Shown here: positions 42,227-52,778 of the stretch, one piece after another
Layout: each line of letters begins with the position of its first letter
Position numbering within the stretch: position 1 is the stretch's first letter
NCBI GenBank assembly: GCA_965237415.1
Contig: CBDEFM010000001.1
Location: 512,001-576,000, forward strand
From: Alphaproteobacteria bacterium
GTDB taxonomy: Bacteria > Pseudomonadota > Alphaproteobacteria > UBA828
Length of the DNA stretch: 64,000 bases
Direction: 5' to 3'
Made by a program: the position numbers and the translations under genes
The notes under the pieces: generated by a model
The model's input: the letters and a program-made list of their open reading frames with translations, nothing else
Databases searched by the model: none
What the model was told of the DNA's origin: nothing

Positions 42227-43169
42227 CACCATACCTCCGTCGCGGCGGCTCGGCTGGCGGCCATTCTCGCCACGCTTTGCCAATGCCGCCAGCGCTGCGT
42301 TATCAGCACGATGAACCTTACGCTTCCCGAGGCCCTCACCCGGACCGGCGGGTGATCCGCTGCGACCAGCCGCGTAGCCTGCGGCCATGCCGGCGCCTCT
42401 CGGGCTACATCGCCCGCCGCTGCTACCACCCGGCCTTCGTCCCCCGGCTCGCGGCTGAAGACCTGGGGATATTCCGGGCGCCGGAACACGGCCCACGCGA
42501 CACGGCGCCGGGTGGCAATCCTCGTTTATGCTTGTTACGTCGAAATCGGCGATCGGCGCCGCGGTCGGCACGCCCAACCCGGCGGAATTCCTCGGTTGAT
42601 CGCTCTATTCGCAGAAACCGGCCAGGGTGTCCGTCTTCAATCCGCAAGCGGATTAAATCAAACCCACGTCCCAGCTTGACCTCGTTTGGGTTTACTGCGC
42701 ACGGGTTACCCCGTTCACGCATTCGCCATGCGTTTTTCTAAGCGCTTCTGCAAATTGCCTTGGGGCAATGTATCTGATTGCGGGGGCTCGCAACCCCCGA
42801 GACCGACATTCGATCGAAGTCCCGGTCTGATCCCGCGTAACCTTCTGAATTATCGCGGGTTCTTGTGCAACGGCATCATCTCATTTGCCGGGTAAGTCTG
42901 ATCTTACCGCGCTCTCCTGTGCCGATCCAGTCCCGCAGACACTCCGTCCCGCAGACACTCCGCCAGGCGACTCCTGCGCACATTTCTACATCCGCTTCTC
43001 ATCGATGTCCTCGCTCCTCGCGCGCGCATGCATGTACGGCAGACGGAAGCAACAAGAGCTCACGAAGGTCGGCCATCATGGCCCGCAACCGGCCGCGCCG
43101 GCCCGCCGCCGGGGACTTCATTGCAGCGCCTCGGCGTAGACGCTGAGCGGTCGCCGTTCGACCTCTACG

Positions 43170-43388
43170 GTCACCGGCAAGCGCCGCCGTTTGGGTTCCG
43201 GCGCCCAGATAGCCCGCCGCGCGAACCTCGTCGAACAGCCGCATCGCGGATCTTCCAGACAACCACTCGATCCCACAGCGAGCTTGGCTGACCGGCAGCG
43301 AAAGTGAGCTGACTATCGTGTTCGATGCAGTCCTTGTTCTCGTCCCGAAACGATTCTGCCCAGGAGCCAGCTATTGTGACCGTTGACA
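43170..43388 (-). mobile_element. IS21-like remnant (terminal sequence plus istA fragment)
   Basis: TGTCAACGG end at 43388 on the minus strand; SAMRLFDEVRAAGY.G IstA-like peptide. Confidence 0.55.
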
Positions 43389-43411
43389 GCCGTAATTTAC
43401 TGTTGTAACTT
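43383..43411 (+). promoter_or_regulatory. Putative sigma70 promoter, -35 supplied by the IS end
   Basis: TTGACA, 17-bp spacer, TAACTT, 30 bp upstream of the ATG at 43442. Confidence 0.5.
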
Positions 43412-43441
43412 ACAGCTGTCATGATTAGGAAGCACCCGGCT

Positions 43442-45166
43442 ATGCCTCTCACAATCCCGGAGCTAGCTCGTGCCGTGCGCAAGACCGAGAACTATGTACG
43501 GCAGCATGTGTTCCGCAAGCACCTGGTTGTGCAGAAGGATGGACGCCACGTTACCGTCACGCATGATGAGGCACTGCGTTGGGCACGTGAGCGTCAGCTC
43601 CCCTTTGAACCCCCAGCGAAAGCATGGGAACCAACCCAGACGGCAAGGAGCCGGGCCGCTCGGATGAGCGTACTGACCCTGCATCACCCGGAAACGAAGC
43701 CGTGCAACCTCTTGACGGTCGTACGCCACCGTCGCCAGGACGCACTCGGTCCCTGGTCGAACGAGACGAGCAAGACCTGGACGAGCGAGGCTCTCGGACA
43801 TGGGCTGCGGCTGTCTTCACTCGATGCCCCTCTGGAACACTGCCGAGCACTGGTTGACGGCATTCTCGAATCTGCAACGCTCGAGATCGACGATGACCAA
43901 ATTCACTATGCCGTAGAACGAACCCCCCGGCATCGCCGCGCCTTTCGCGATGAGAGAGGGCTCGTCGACGCCTCCATGACCAGCCCGTTCTCACGCTACA
44001 GCGCGGAAGTTGTCGACTACTGGAGCCGTTCAGCCGAACCTCGCCGGCACTGGCTGAACCTGCTCGATTCCCTTCCCGGACCCACGCCCTTCCCCCTCTC
44101 TCGTCTGGGCGTTCCGCTTGACCGCCTCTCCGACCGCGTTGGAAACATCGTGATCGCCGGGGCCGAGGACGAAGTCGCCTGCGATCTGGCAGTGGGAAAC
44201 AGCCGGACGCTTAGACTCCATGTCGATGCCGAACCACTTCTACCAGGCGCCTATCGCGCCATGGTCTGGGCCAGTTACGCCGGAGACGAGGTGCTTCGAA
44301 AAGAAGTCACCGTTACACAGCGCCTGACGACGATTCAGCTCGAATCCGATGTTGATCACATTGGCTTCGCCATCTTCCGGACCGCTGACGGACAATGCCT
44401 CGACCTCATGGAGGCGCCCCTGTGGTTGCGCATCGGTGGCCGAATAAGGGTCAATTCCGCTTCGACCCTGCGGTTCAGTGATCGCCAAGGCCGCGTGTAC
44501 CACGAAGTGAATCCGCCTGGCCCCTTCACAGAGATCGACGTTTGTCTTGACGACGAACGCGGCGAACTTGACAAGGAAATCAGGCGACGATGGCTTGACC
44601 GGCGGGTTCGTGAACGAGAGGCTGCCGCGCGCAGGGAACGCAACTTGGCGCGCTTCCTGCCCCCTAACCTTGACGACGCGGTCGGCTACCTCGTCGAGCT
44701 TCTGCGCCACGACGCAGACCAAAAGACACCGATCTATCTCGCCGACCCCTATTTCGAGACGCAATTGCCGAGCGACGCCCGGAGACACCAGGACCTCAGA
44801 AAGATCTACCTCGACATATTCGCAGCCACCGCTGGCACCCCGCTGCGGATACTGTGCGCGAAGAAGAAGCCGGCGCAAGGCGAGCCACCGCCATGGTGGT
44901 CCGCCTGTCCCGAACAGATAACGGCCCATGTCCGTGTCCGCTCATTCCGCAGCCAAGACGGCAGAACAGACGGCTTTCACGATCGCTTCCTGATTACGCC
45001 CCGGCGCGAGTTCATCATCAGCCACTCGTTCAACGGCTGGCACAATCACGGCGTTACCTTCGTAAGCCTTCCTTACAATGTGTACCGCGCCGAAGCGGAG
45101 CAGCTCTGGTCGATGGACGTCGGATCCCCGACTGCCGACCTCCTGGTCTCCGAGATCGGACAATGA
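43442..45166 (+). CDS. Protein with N-terminal HTH and C-terminal PLD-like domain (VPA1262-like)
   Basis: LTIPELARAVRKTENYVRQ HTH-like segment; ADPYF, FHDRFLI, SHSFNG. Confidence 0.65.
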   Translation: MPLTIPELARAVRKTENYVRQHVFRKHLVVQKDGRHVTVTHDEALRWARERQLPFEPPAKAWEPTQTARSRAARMSVLTLHHPETKPCNLLTVVRHRRQDALGPWSNETSKTWTSEALGHGLRLSSLDAPLEHCRALVDGILESATLEIDDDQIHYAVERTPRHRRAFRDERGLVDASMTSPFSRYSAEVVDYWSRSAEPRRHWLNLLDSLPGPTPFPLSRLGVPLDRLSDRVGNIVIAGAEDEVACDLAVGNSRTLRLHVDAEPLLPGAYRAMVWASYAGDEVLRKEVTVTQRLTTIQLESDVDHIGFAIFRTADGQCLDLMEAPLWLRIGGRIRVNSASTLRFSDRQGRVYHEVNPPGPFTEIDVCLDDERGELDKEIRRRWLDRRVREREAAARRERNLARFLPPNLDDAVGYLVELLRHDADQKTPIYLADPYFETQLPSDARRHQDLRKIYLDIFAATAGTPLRILCAKKKPAQGEPPPWWSACPEQITAHVRVRSFRSQDGRTDGFHDRFLITPRREFIISHSFNGWHNHGVTFVSLPYNVYRAEAEQLWSMDVGSPTADLLVSEIGQ

Positions 45167-47307
45167 CCACCGAAGCCGTGCAGCTGCCATCCCTGACCGA
45201 GGACGCCAGGGCCGTTGTCTGGCAGATCTTCAGCGACGGCGCATCACCGCTTACCCGGCGATCGCCTTACGATGCGATCGAGCCGGTCATCAGGAAGCGC
45301 CTATCTTCCACTGATGCAGCGCCGTCCATCGCCGCGATACGTGAGTGGTTCGACTCTTACGACGATCAACGCTGGCTCAAGTCCGACATGCGAGAAGCGG
45401 TTGCCCACATGATTCTCGAAGGTGTGGGGACCCCGTGCAAAGAGGCGGAGGTCTGGGCCGTCGGGTCGATCGATGCCGAGGTGGCAATTCCACTCGTACG
45501 CTCCGTCTGGTCTTGCGAGCAAATCGACTCCCTTGTGGAAGCCGCGCTCGATGCCCTGGAGCAGCTCTGCAATCGCGACAACGTGCTCGATGCGTCCCGT
45601 CTCGTGAGGTCCCATTCCACCCACTCCAGGATTGCGAGACAGGACATAGAACGCAAAGGGCGGCTGGAGACCTTCAGCCAACTCGAGAGCCATGGTCTGG
45701 ACCTGGTTCACCAAGCGCTGCACCCAGCGGCCGGCAATCTGCTCGCTCTCGTCGTCGACCTGCGACCCGAAAGGTTCGAATCGATGGTCGAGAGACTCGA
45801 CCATCCCGTGGTGCAGGCGCGTGCCGCCCACCACATGGTTGCCGCAACCCGCCTTTCAGATCACCGCACCACCCTCCGATGGATAGCCCATGGTTCGTGC
45901 GATGGCTTGATAGCGCTGGCGATCGTGAACACTCTGAACACCGTCAACAGGCTGGACAGCGATATCCGGCTTGCAGATCGCGCGGATCCCGATCGATACC
46001 CTCCAAGCACCAATCCCCGTCCCCACCACGGCGACCTCGATACTGCCGCCGCAAGCCTCCTCGAAGGCCTGGTCGACCGGCTGGCCGTACTCGATCCTCC
46101 CGCCTGTGCCCGCTGGATCGGCGAACTGCTCAGCGGTGCCACCTTCGTGCTGAACCGACACCACGACCACGAGATACCGCGCCGCGTCGCCCAACTCGAG
46201 AAGGCGTGCACCGACTTGTGTGTGCGCCTCTTTCGAACGTCATGGTCCGACAATCTGCTGCCCGAACTCATTGCCGGACTCAGTCATACGCCGCGCATGA
46301 GCTGGACCCGACACCTAGGCGAGATTGCCTGGGAGCTACGCGATTTAGAGCCCGTACAGGCAGCTGAGATTTCCAGAACCACGCTCGTTGAGCACGAGCG
46401 CCAGATCGCAGCGGAGTTGGAGCGCGGCCATGTATTCTTGGAGTGGCAAGATTGGGACCACCCTGAGTGGCTCACCTGCCTCGGCATTGCCCTTGCCATC
46501 TCCTGCAAGGATATCGACCTTGCGCATTGGGTCAGGACCCGGTGCCACGATTTGCCGTTAAGTGTCTGGGACGCAGAGGAGGATTACAGCGCATTCAGCT
46601 CCGCCGATCGCGTCGTCCAGCACCGGTTCCTCGTCGCCCTCCACGCGATTCCGATACTGAAGGAACTCGGACGCCCTGCCCATCCTGCTGCGGTCCTCGC
46701 TCTTGCAGAAACCCTCTGGGCCCACTGCAGTTTTGCTGCAAGCCGCCTCGACGGCGGTGCCGACGCGTCCATCGCGGCGGAGTACGCCGCTCGTTATGCC
46801 GTCGAACATGGTGCACCGTCCGACGCGTGGTTGTTGGACCGGGTACGCGATCCCCGGCTCCCGCCGCGATCCCTATGGGGGCTGATCGACCAGCGTAACA
46901 AGAAAAACAACCGCGCAGGGGGCAATGATGCTACCGACGACGATTTCGTCGTGGATGAGTTGGCGCGCATTGCCTCCGACCGTTTCGGCGATGGATCGGA
47001 ATTCAATCTCCAAGCCCTGCACTTCTGGGGTTTGCTATGGCTCCTTCTCGGCGCAACCGACGAGGCCGAAAAGACCGCCACGGCCATACTTGCTTTCCCG
47101 TTGAGACCGCACGAACGCGCCCACAAGATTCTGGCACTGAAATTGCTAGCTAGGGTGGCCAGATCAAGGAGTCTGCCCCCAACGCTGGCCGAATTTACCG
47201 CTTCCGTCTACAGACAACTCTGGCCGGGCTACACGCCCCACGAAGAGTGCTCGGACCGCCAGCACATCGACGAAATGCTGGAACAATCGATGTCCCGCAT
47301 TCTCTGA
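45163..47307 (+). CDS. Hypothetical alpha-helical protein, translationally coupled to the upstream gene
   Basis: ATGA overlap at 45163-45166; 714 aa. Confidence 0.7.
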   Translation: MTTEAVQLPSLTEDARAVVWQIFSDGASPLTRRSPYDAIEPVIRKRLSSTDAAPSIAAIREWFDSYDDQRWLKSDMREAVAHMILEGVGTPCKEAEVWAVGSIDAEVAIPLVRSVWSCEQIDSLVEAALDALEQLCNRDNVLDASRLVRSHSTHSRIARQDIERKGRLETFSQLESHGLDLVHQALHPAAGNLLALVVDLRPERFESMVERLDHPVVQARAAHHMVAATRLSDHRTTLRWIAHGSCDGLIALAIVNTLNTVNRLDSDIRLADRADPDRYPPSTNPRPHHGDLDTAAASLLEGLVDRLAVLDPPACARWIGELLSGATFVLNRHHDHEIPRRVAQLEKACTDLCVRLFRTSWSDNLLPELIAGLSHTPRMSWTRHLGEIAWELRDLEPVQAAEISRTTLVEHERQIAAELERGHVFLEWQDWDHPEWLTCLGIALAISCKDIDLAHWVRTRCHDLPLSVWDAEEDYSAFSSADRVVQHRFLVALHAIPILKELGRPAHPAAVLALAETLWAHCSFAASRLDGGADASIAAEYAARYAVEHGAPSDAWLLDRVRDPRLPPRSLWGLIDQRNKKNNRAGGNDATDDDFVVDELARIASDRFGDGSEFNLQALHFWGLLWLLLGATDEAEKTATAILAFPLRPHERAHKILALKLLARVARSRSLPPTLAEFTASVYRQLWPGYTPHEECSDRQHIDEMLEQSMSRIL

Positions 47308-47347
47308 GTCAAACTCGCTGCAACCTCGAAGCTGAAAGACAATCAAG

Positions 47348-47650
47348 TTGGACGAGGCGGGTATCCGGTTTCGACCAACCTCGTCAGCTGCTCCGCAACC
47401 GGGCTATTCCACCCGCCGCCGCACGTCGCTCAAGCGAATTGAGATTTACGATCAAGTCCATGTGTTCTACGAAGCGCGATCGAACATCGCGCACGGAGAA
47501 AAGGGCAAGCGCAAGGGAAAAGGGGGAAAGAAGACAACGGACTTCAAGGAGGCCGGCGACTTGGGTTTGACGCTCGCAACCGATACGCTTCGTGCATTGC
47601 TGGAAAATGGCAAGTTTCCAAGTTGGAAGGAGCTAATTCTCTCGCCGTAG
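47348..47650 (+). pseudogene. HEPN-domain C-terminal remnant
   Basis: FYEARSNIAHG RxxxxH motif; N-terminus missing or degraded. Confidence 0.55.
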
Positions 47651-47769
47651 AAAACAGATTGGAATGCTGCAAAGACCCGGTGGACGTGACAGGTTCGGCA
47701 ATGTCGGCTTGGCGACCAACGGCAGCGCTATCGCATCTATGTCTGCTAACTGACCGCTATCAAACAGCA

Positions 47770-47860
47770 CAACGCCAACCCCATCCCCTTCGTCAGGACA
47801 GCCACCGACAGGGCAATCATCGAAAAAGTCACCCGTAGAAATCAAGCATTGGAATCTCGG
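47770..47860 (+). mobile_element. IS630 transposase 3' remnant
   Basis: PFVRTATDRAIIEKVTRRNQALES resembles IS630 C-termini. Confidence 0.5.
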
Positions 47861-47883
47861 CAGTCGCGACAGCAATTTCTTCG

Positions 47884-48801
47884 TCAACAGAACGGTTCCT
47901 CCAGAAGCTCAGATTGGCGCAATTCAAAAGCATATCCAAACTTTTCTATCGCGCCGGATACAACGTCGGGGAACCACAATGGTGCAAAGGGAGATATGGT
48001 CACATCGTTGATAAGAGCCATTAGGTCACAGGTCAGTGTTTTTCCTTTCACCGGATTTTCATATTCGTTTTGCAGTGTTACCCTAACCTCGCATTCATGG
48101 CTGAGCGATCGGCGTTTACAGAAAATGCGTTCATTTTGGATCGTCGCAAAAGAGTGTCGGAAATCCAAGTAATGGACCCGACCAACAACTGCACTGGCAT
48201 CTCGTGCGGTCGCCTCCCAAAGCTGGCCTACGGTCGTTCGGATCGCAACTCCCGGCGTTGGCGAAGGACAGTAGAGCCGCCAAAGAGCTTCAGACTCTAT
48301 GTCATTAGCATGCCAACAGCTGACTAGCAAACTCCGTGCGCGCGATGAACCAGCTTTAAGTTGCTCAAGCAGCTTATTGGCCTCGCTCTCGATCCTCTCT
48401 TCTGACCAGTCCGGCCGCGAGAACCCTGGAGGTGGCGTCACTACTATTTTACGGAAATAGCCGAGATAGAATTCATCCCAGTCTGGCTCTCGGCGTGCTA
48501 GTCCAATCGCACCCTCGAATTGATCTTCGAGTTCATGAACGCTCGGGAAATGAAGCCCTCCCTGCTGTAACATTGCGACAAACTTGGCGAATTCCATATA
48601 ACGCCAAACCGACTGATCGTCCTCGACTGATAAGTCTAATGTACCGGTCCAATATACCGGAGTTGCAAGCTCCCCGAGCTGATGGGCGCAGCAGGCACCG
48701 ACCAACAATGACCTGCCACCGGCCCCATATCCCGCAAAAGCAGGACGTCCGTTGGGGATCTTATGGTTGCAGGAAACGCACCGATTCCACTGTTGAGTCA
48801 T
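47884..48801 (-). CDS. DUF2971-like protein with N-terminal Cys cluster
   Basis: WRYM.F.KF, D.FEG, SCWH.N..ES.ALW..Y, K......E.EVR. Confidence 0.7.
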   Translation of the reverse strand: MTQQWNRCVSCNHKIPNGRPAFAGYGAGGRSLLVGACCAHQLGELATPVYWTGTLDLSVEDDQSVWRYMEFAKFVAMLQQGGLHFPSVHELEDQFEGAIGLARREPDWDEFYLGYFRKIVVTPPPGFSRPDWSEERIESEANKLLEQLKAGSSRARSLLVSCWHANDIESEALWRLYCPSPTPGVAIRTTVGQLWEATARDASAVVGRVHYLDFRHSFATIQNERIFCKRRSLSHECEVRVTLQNEYENPVKGKTLTCDLMALINDVTISPFAPLWFPDVVSGAIEKFGYAFELRQSELLEEPFC

Positions 48802-48931
48802 CACACGGCGCAACCCGTGAGTGATATGACCAGTGGATTTCAGGCGGTCGAAGACTGCCTGATCTTCTGGCTGAATATCTATCTCAGAAATTGTTCAACC
48901 TCCTACAGCCGCTTGTATGACCAAATCCGCC

Positions 48932-49260
48932 TCAGCGGGGGCTTGCCCGGGGACGTGTTTTGTCGCGGCACAACCCGTCGACGCCGGCCTCAACGTAGCG
49001 CGCGCGCCAACGTCGAGTGGTCGGCTTGCTCACCCCCAAGCAACGCCGAATTTCATCCGTGTCGACGCCGTCGCCGGCCAAGGCCAATATCTGCGCCCGC
49101 CGGGCATGTTTCTGCGACGTATTGCCGTTGGAATTCAAGGCTCTCAGCCGCTCCCGATCCCCGGGAGCCAGCTGAATCCTCACCATCTTGCCCATACCCG
49201 CACACTCACATCAAATCCACCGGATCGGAATCTTTTGTTTCGGGCAACGGCGCGGACTGA
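48932..49260 (-). mobile_element. IS630 transposase 5' remnant (HTH part)
   Basis: DRERL...QKHARRAQI...GVSKPT.RRWR.RY...GVDGL.RDKTRP. Confidence 0.75.
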
Positions 49261-49275
49261 TCTCCAGCATCGCAC

Positions 49276-50307
49276 TCAATCGCCTTGGTCTTCCCGCGCA
49301 TTTGCCCTGGCCTCGATGCCGGCGCAGTACTCCATCAGGCGTTCGAAGGGCTCGTCGATGTCGAGCAGCATGCCGTCGGCCAGCATTCTGCCGTAGTCGT
49401 CGGCCAGGACATCGAGGGCCGGGCCTGACGGGATCAGCTGTAGTCCTCCTCCGACCGCAATCTGGTAGTCGATTTCGTTGCCGGCAGCGTCCTTCTCCCG
49501 GAAGAAGATCGCCTTGTGGCGTGCGACCGAATGCGCGACCGCACGGTCGGCGAGAGCGCGGGCCGCAACGCCGGCATCGTCGAGCCTCGCCAGGTCGTGC
49601 CAGTGGCGGGACAGGCGCTCGCCGCGTTTCCTCTCCTGCCGGCAGAAGACGTGGATGGCGGTGGCCTTCTCCCAGAATGTCCGCTCGGCCAGCATGACGG
49701 ACGGCCGCGCCCGCGGAAACAGAAGGTCTGGCAGGAACGGGGCCGCGTCGCATTCGACGGGCCGGATTGCCCGGGGCTCGCCCGTCGAGCGCGCCCCGAA
49801 CTCCACCGTGACTTCCGGGCGCACGAAGGCGTAGTCGTCGAACAGCGGTTCATAGACGATGCGCAGGCGCTCCGAGTCCGCCTTTAGCCGCGGCTCGAAT
49901 CCGTCACGCCGAAGGTGCGCTTCGACCGACGGCGCGGCTTCGTCGAGGACCCACGCATCGAGACGGGCCCGGATCGCCTTGGTCCAGCGGCGCTCCTGGC
50001 TGCGCGTGGGCGGCAGCGCCTCGGCGCCGGCGTCTGCGACCAGGTCGGGGGCGAAGGCCCGGATGTCATAGGTGATGTCGACGTCTTCGGAGAAGCGGCG
50101 GATCGCGCGGTACGCCTTCGACAGCGAGGTTCCGCCCTTGAAGGCGAGGTCCTTGCCGAAGGGCGCCTCGAACAGGGCGTGGAGCGTTGCGACGACCCAG
50201 ATGTCCTTCTCGAGCAGGAACGCACGGTGCGGGCTGCCGGCTTCGGCAACGCGCAGGGCGTCGCGTCGGTCGCCAGCGGAGAGCGACCGATACGGTGTCT
50301 CAGCCAT
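49276..50307 (-). CDS. abiEii: AbiEii nucleotidyltransferase toxin (type IV TA)
   Basis: LEKD, FKGGTSLSK, RFSEDVD, RTFWEK, SRHWHD. Confidence 0.92.
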   Translation of the reverse strand: MAETPYRSLSAGDRRDALRVAEAGSPHRAFLLEKDIWVVATLHALFEAPFGKDLAFKGGTSLSKAYRAIRRFSEDVDITYDIRAFAPDLVADAGAEALPPTRSQERRWTKAIRARLDAWVLDEAAPSVEAHLRRDGFEPRLKADSERLRIVYEPLFDDYAFVRPEVTVEFGARSTGEPRAIRPVECDAAPFLPDLLFPRARPSVMLAERTFWEKATAIHVFCRQERKRGERLSRHWHDLARLDDAGVAARALADRAVAHSVARHKAIFFREKDAAGNEIDYQIAVGGGLQLIPSGPALDVLADDYGRMLADGMLLDIDEPFERLMEYCAGIEARANAREDQGD

Positions 50308-50896
50308 GGGCGAGGCGCGCGCTGACCGATTCAGCCATCCAGATGGGCATGATCGCCCGCGCGGCGGCGAGCTCGTCGACTTCGGCGCCGGAGAGCCCGG
50401 GCAGGAGCGCCTCGAGACCCTCCTCGACCTCATGCGGACCGAGCCAGGCGAGGGCGCGAATGACCTCGCCCGCCTTGCGGCGCGGCGCCGCCAGTTGCCA
50501 GCGGGGGGCGTGGCGCAGTTCGACCGTGACGCGCCCGAATTGCAGCCGCCGGCTGCGGCCCGAAGTGAGATAGACCTCGCGGACGGGGTTCTGGGCGGTC
50601 AGGCCCAGCCGGTTGGCCGCGGAGCCGCCGCAGGGAACGATGATCTCGCCCCAGAGCTCGGAGAGCGCTTCGAGCGCCTTGCCGATGCGCGGCGGACACG
50701 GACCGAAGCGGGTCTCGACGGGATGCATGTAGACACCCTGGCAGATGCGCATCAGCCGCCCGGCACGGGCGAGGCGCGCCAGCGCCTGGTCCACCGCCGC
50801 GCGCTTGCCCAGGTGAAGGAGGGCGGCTGGACAGATCGGCGTAGCCTCGGGCAGGCCCGAGGCGTGCTCCATGATGCGTTTCGGTAGGCTGGACAT
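50300..50896 (-). CDS. abiEi: AbiEi-type antitoxin (DUF6088-like)
   Basis: AVDQALARL...RICQGVY, AANRLGLT.Q.P, YLTSG; overlaps the abiEii start. Confidence 0.85.
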   Translation of the reverse strand: MSSLPKRIMEHASGLPEATPICPAALLHLGKRAAVDQALARLARAGRLMRICQGVYMHPVETRFGPCPPRIGKALEALSELWGEIIVPCGGSAANRLGLTAQNPVREVYLTSGRSRRLQFGRVTVELRHAPRWQLAAPRRKAGEVIRALAWLGPHEVEEGLEALLPGLSGAEVDELAAARAIMPIWMAESVSARLAHG

Positions 50897-51109
50897 GGTC
50901 CTGTCCCGCAAATTATGTCAGAAATATAGGTGTGAAAGTGTCAGTCTGCAACGCCGGTTCGAGGTGAGGTTCTCCGAGATGAACACCGGCTACGGAGAGC
51001 CGGTCCCGCCACGGGCCCGGCGGGAGTTCCTGCGGCTGATCGACTGTGGGTACTGACCCTCTCGAATTGCCCGCCAACACGATCGCGACAGCGTGGTCCG
51101 GCGGCAAAT

Positions 51110-51427
51110 TCACGTAATCGACGTCAGACCGTTCTTCTCGACCAGTGTCAGCAGTTTCAGTGAGGCGCCGCGCGGGCGCTTCTCGCCGCACTCCCACTGG
51201 CTCACCAGACCCGTGGTCACGTTCAGGTAGCGGGCGAACACCGCTTGGCTCGCATGCTCCCGCAGCCGGATCTCACGGATCCGCTCCGGCGCCATGTCCT
51301 CGATCGGAGTCAGACACATCTCGCCGAAGACCTTCATGGTCCGCTTCGACATCACGCCCGCCTCCGTCATGCCGAGCGCCGCCTCATACGCGGCCGCCAG
51401 GGCCTCACTTCTGTATTGCTTCGGCAT
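51110..51427 (-). CDS. XRE-family HTH antitoxin (HigA-like), toxin gene absent
   Basis: IREIR.RE.ASQAVFARYLNV...VSQWE.G.KRP.G..LKLL. Confidence 0.85.
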   Translation of the reverse strand: MPKQYRSEALAAAYEAALGMTEAGVMSKRTMKVFGEMCLTPIEDMAPERIREIRLREHASQAVFARYLNVTTGLVSQWECGEKRPRGASLKLLTLVEKNGLTSIT

Positions 51428-51599
51428 CGCAGTTCACCTCGCCGATCGTGCCCTTCGCCGGCATCGCTTCCAGAGCTGCCGGCCCGCCACCGGTCCCGCC
51501 GGGCGATGTGCCCGTTCGAGGCGACGGCCCGGAAAGGACCGGGACCTCGGCGCGTCGCGGTCATCGTTCGAGCCTATCGCAGTCCATTCGTACGCGCTA

Positions 51600-51765
51600 T
51601 CCAGGTCGCGTTCGATGCTGTCGCCGATGTGCGCCGCGAACCCCTCCACGGGATCGCGGGCGAGATGGGCGCAGCGAGCGGTGGTTTGGGCCTGGCGTGG
51701 TCCGGTTCCCGGCTACCCCAGAGCGTGGTATCCGGATGGCATAGCGACCTGCGAAGCTCTGCGGC
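51600..51765 (-). pseudogene. Degenerate integrase 3' fragment R5 (inverted orientation)
   Basis: QAQTTARCAHLARDPVEGFAAHIGDSI; faint QSFAGR further upstream. Confidence 0.7.
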
Positions 51766-51839
51766 CGACATGATTCTTGAGTGATGACCGATACCCGGAC
51801 ATCATCCTGCCTTCAGCATAGCCACCAGTTCGGACAAGC

Positions 51840-52778
51840 ATGTCGGGCACCGCCGATCCTCTCGCCAACGATACCCGGATGCGTCTCCGAGCCTTGGAGC
51901 ACGTCCAAAGGCTCACCGAGATCCACGGACCGTTGACGGCCAAACTGCTGAGCGCGGGCTTCGACTCCGACGGTGCGCGCATCCCCCTCGTCAACCCGCA
52001 GCGCGGCATCTTCAAACCGCGCCAGATGCGTTTCCTCCTCTCGATCAAGACCGTCGTGCCGAAACGCGGCGGCAAGGTGTGGTACGACGACCAGCGTGAA
52101 GCCCATCGGCAGATCTACCAGGGCAAGGAAACTGTCGATTACGCCTTCATGGGCACAAACCCGGAAGCCGCCGACAACCAATGGCTGCGCGAGGCCCACG
52201 AACACCAGGTTCCCGTCATCTATTTTCTCGGCGTCACACCGGGCAGATATCAGGCTTTGGTCCCGACCTTTATTTCCGGATGGGATCCGTCCTCGCTCAA
52301 AGCGACCATTTCGTTCGGCCTGCCCGAACGCGACGACCTCTCGATACCGCCGCAGGCGGCGGAGCGCCGCTACGCCCTGCGGGTCGTGAAACAGCGTCTC
52401 CATCAGGATTCGTTCCGCGAAGCGGTCATCACCGCCTATAGGGGTCGCTGCGCCCTGTCGGGACTGCGTGAGCATCGCCTGCTCGATGCGGCGCACATCA
52501 TTTCTGACAAGGACGAACTGCTGGGCCAGCCGGTCGTGCCGAACGGACTCCCGCTATCGAAGATCCACCACGCCGCGTTCGACGCCGATCTGATCGGCAT
52601 CGATCCGGATTACGGCGTGCACGTTTCCGAGCGTCTTCTTGAGCAGCGCGATGGTCCGATGCTGGACGCCCTGAAACAGCTCCAAGGTGGCGCACTGCAT
52701 CTACCCGTTCGGATTGGCGACCGCCCAGACCGCGAGCGCCTGGCGAGGCGCTTCGACCGCTTCAAGGCTGCGGCCTGA
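51840..52778 (+). CDS. HNH endonuclease with N-terminal putative DNA-recognition domain (restriction-like)
   Basis: RLHQ..FR..V..AY...CALSG, LDAAHI, NGL.L...HH.AFD. Confidence 0.9.
   Translation: MSGTADPLANDTRMRLRALEHVQRLTEIHGPLTAKLLSAGFDSDGARIPLVNPQRGIFKPRQMRFLLSIKTVVPKRGGKVWYDDQREAHRQIYQGKETVDYAFMGTNPEAADNQWLREAHEHQVPVIYFLGVTPGRYQALVPTFISGWDPSSLKATISFGLPERDDLSIPPQAAERRYALRVVKQRLHQDSFREAVITAYRGRCALSGLREHRLLDAAHIISDKDELLGQPVVPNGLPLSKIHHAAFDADLIGIDPDYGVHVSERLLEQRDGPMLDALKQLQGGALHLPVRIGDRPDRERLARRFDRFKAAA

Noticed and set aside
42240-43160. Several short ORFs on both strands
   Set aside because: Low-complexity Arg/Pro-rich translations without RBS or motif support; probably intergenic debris.
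29020-43388. Composite transposon bounded by inverted TGTCAACGG ends
   Set aside because: The match is only 9 bp, there is no flanking target duplication, and no intact IS21 transposase lies between them.
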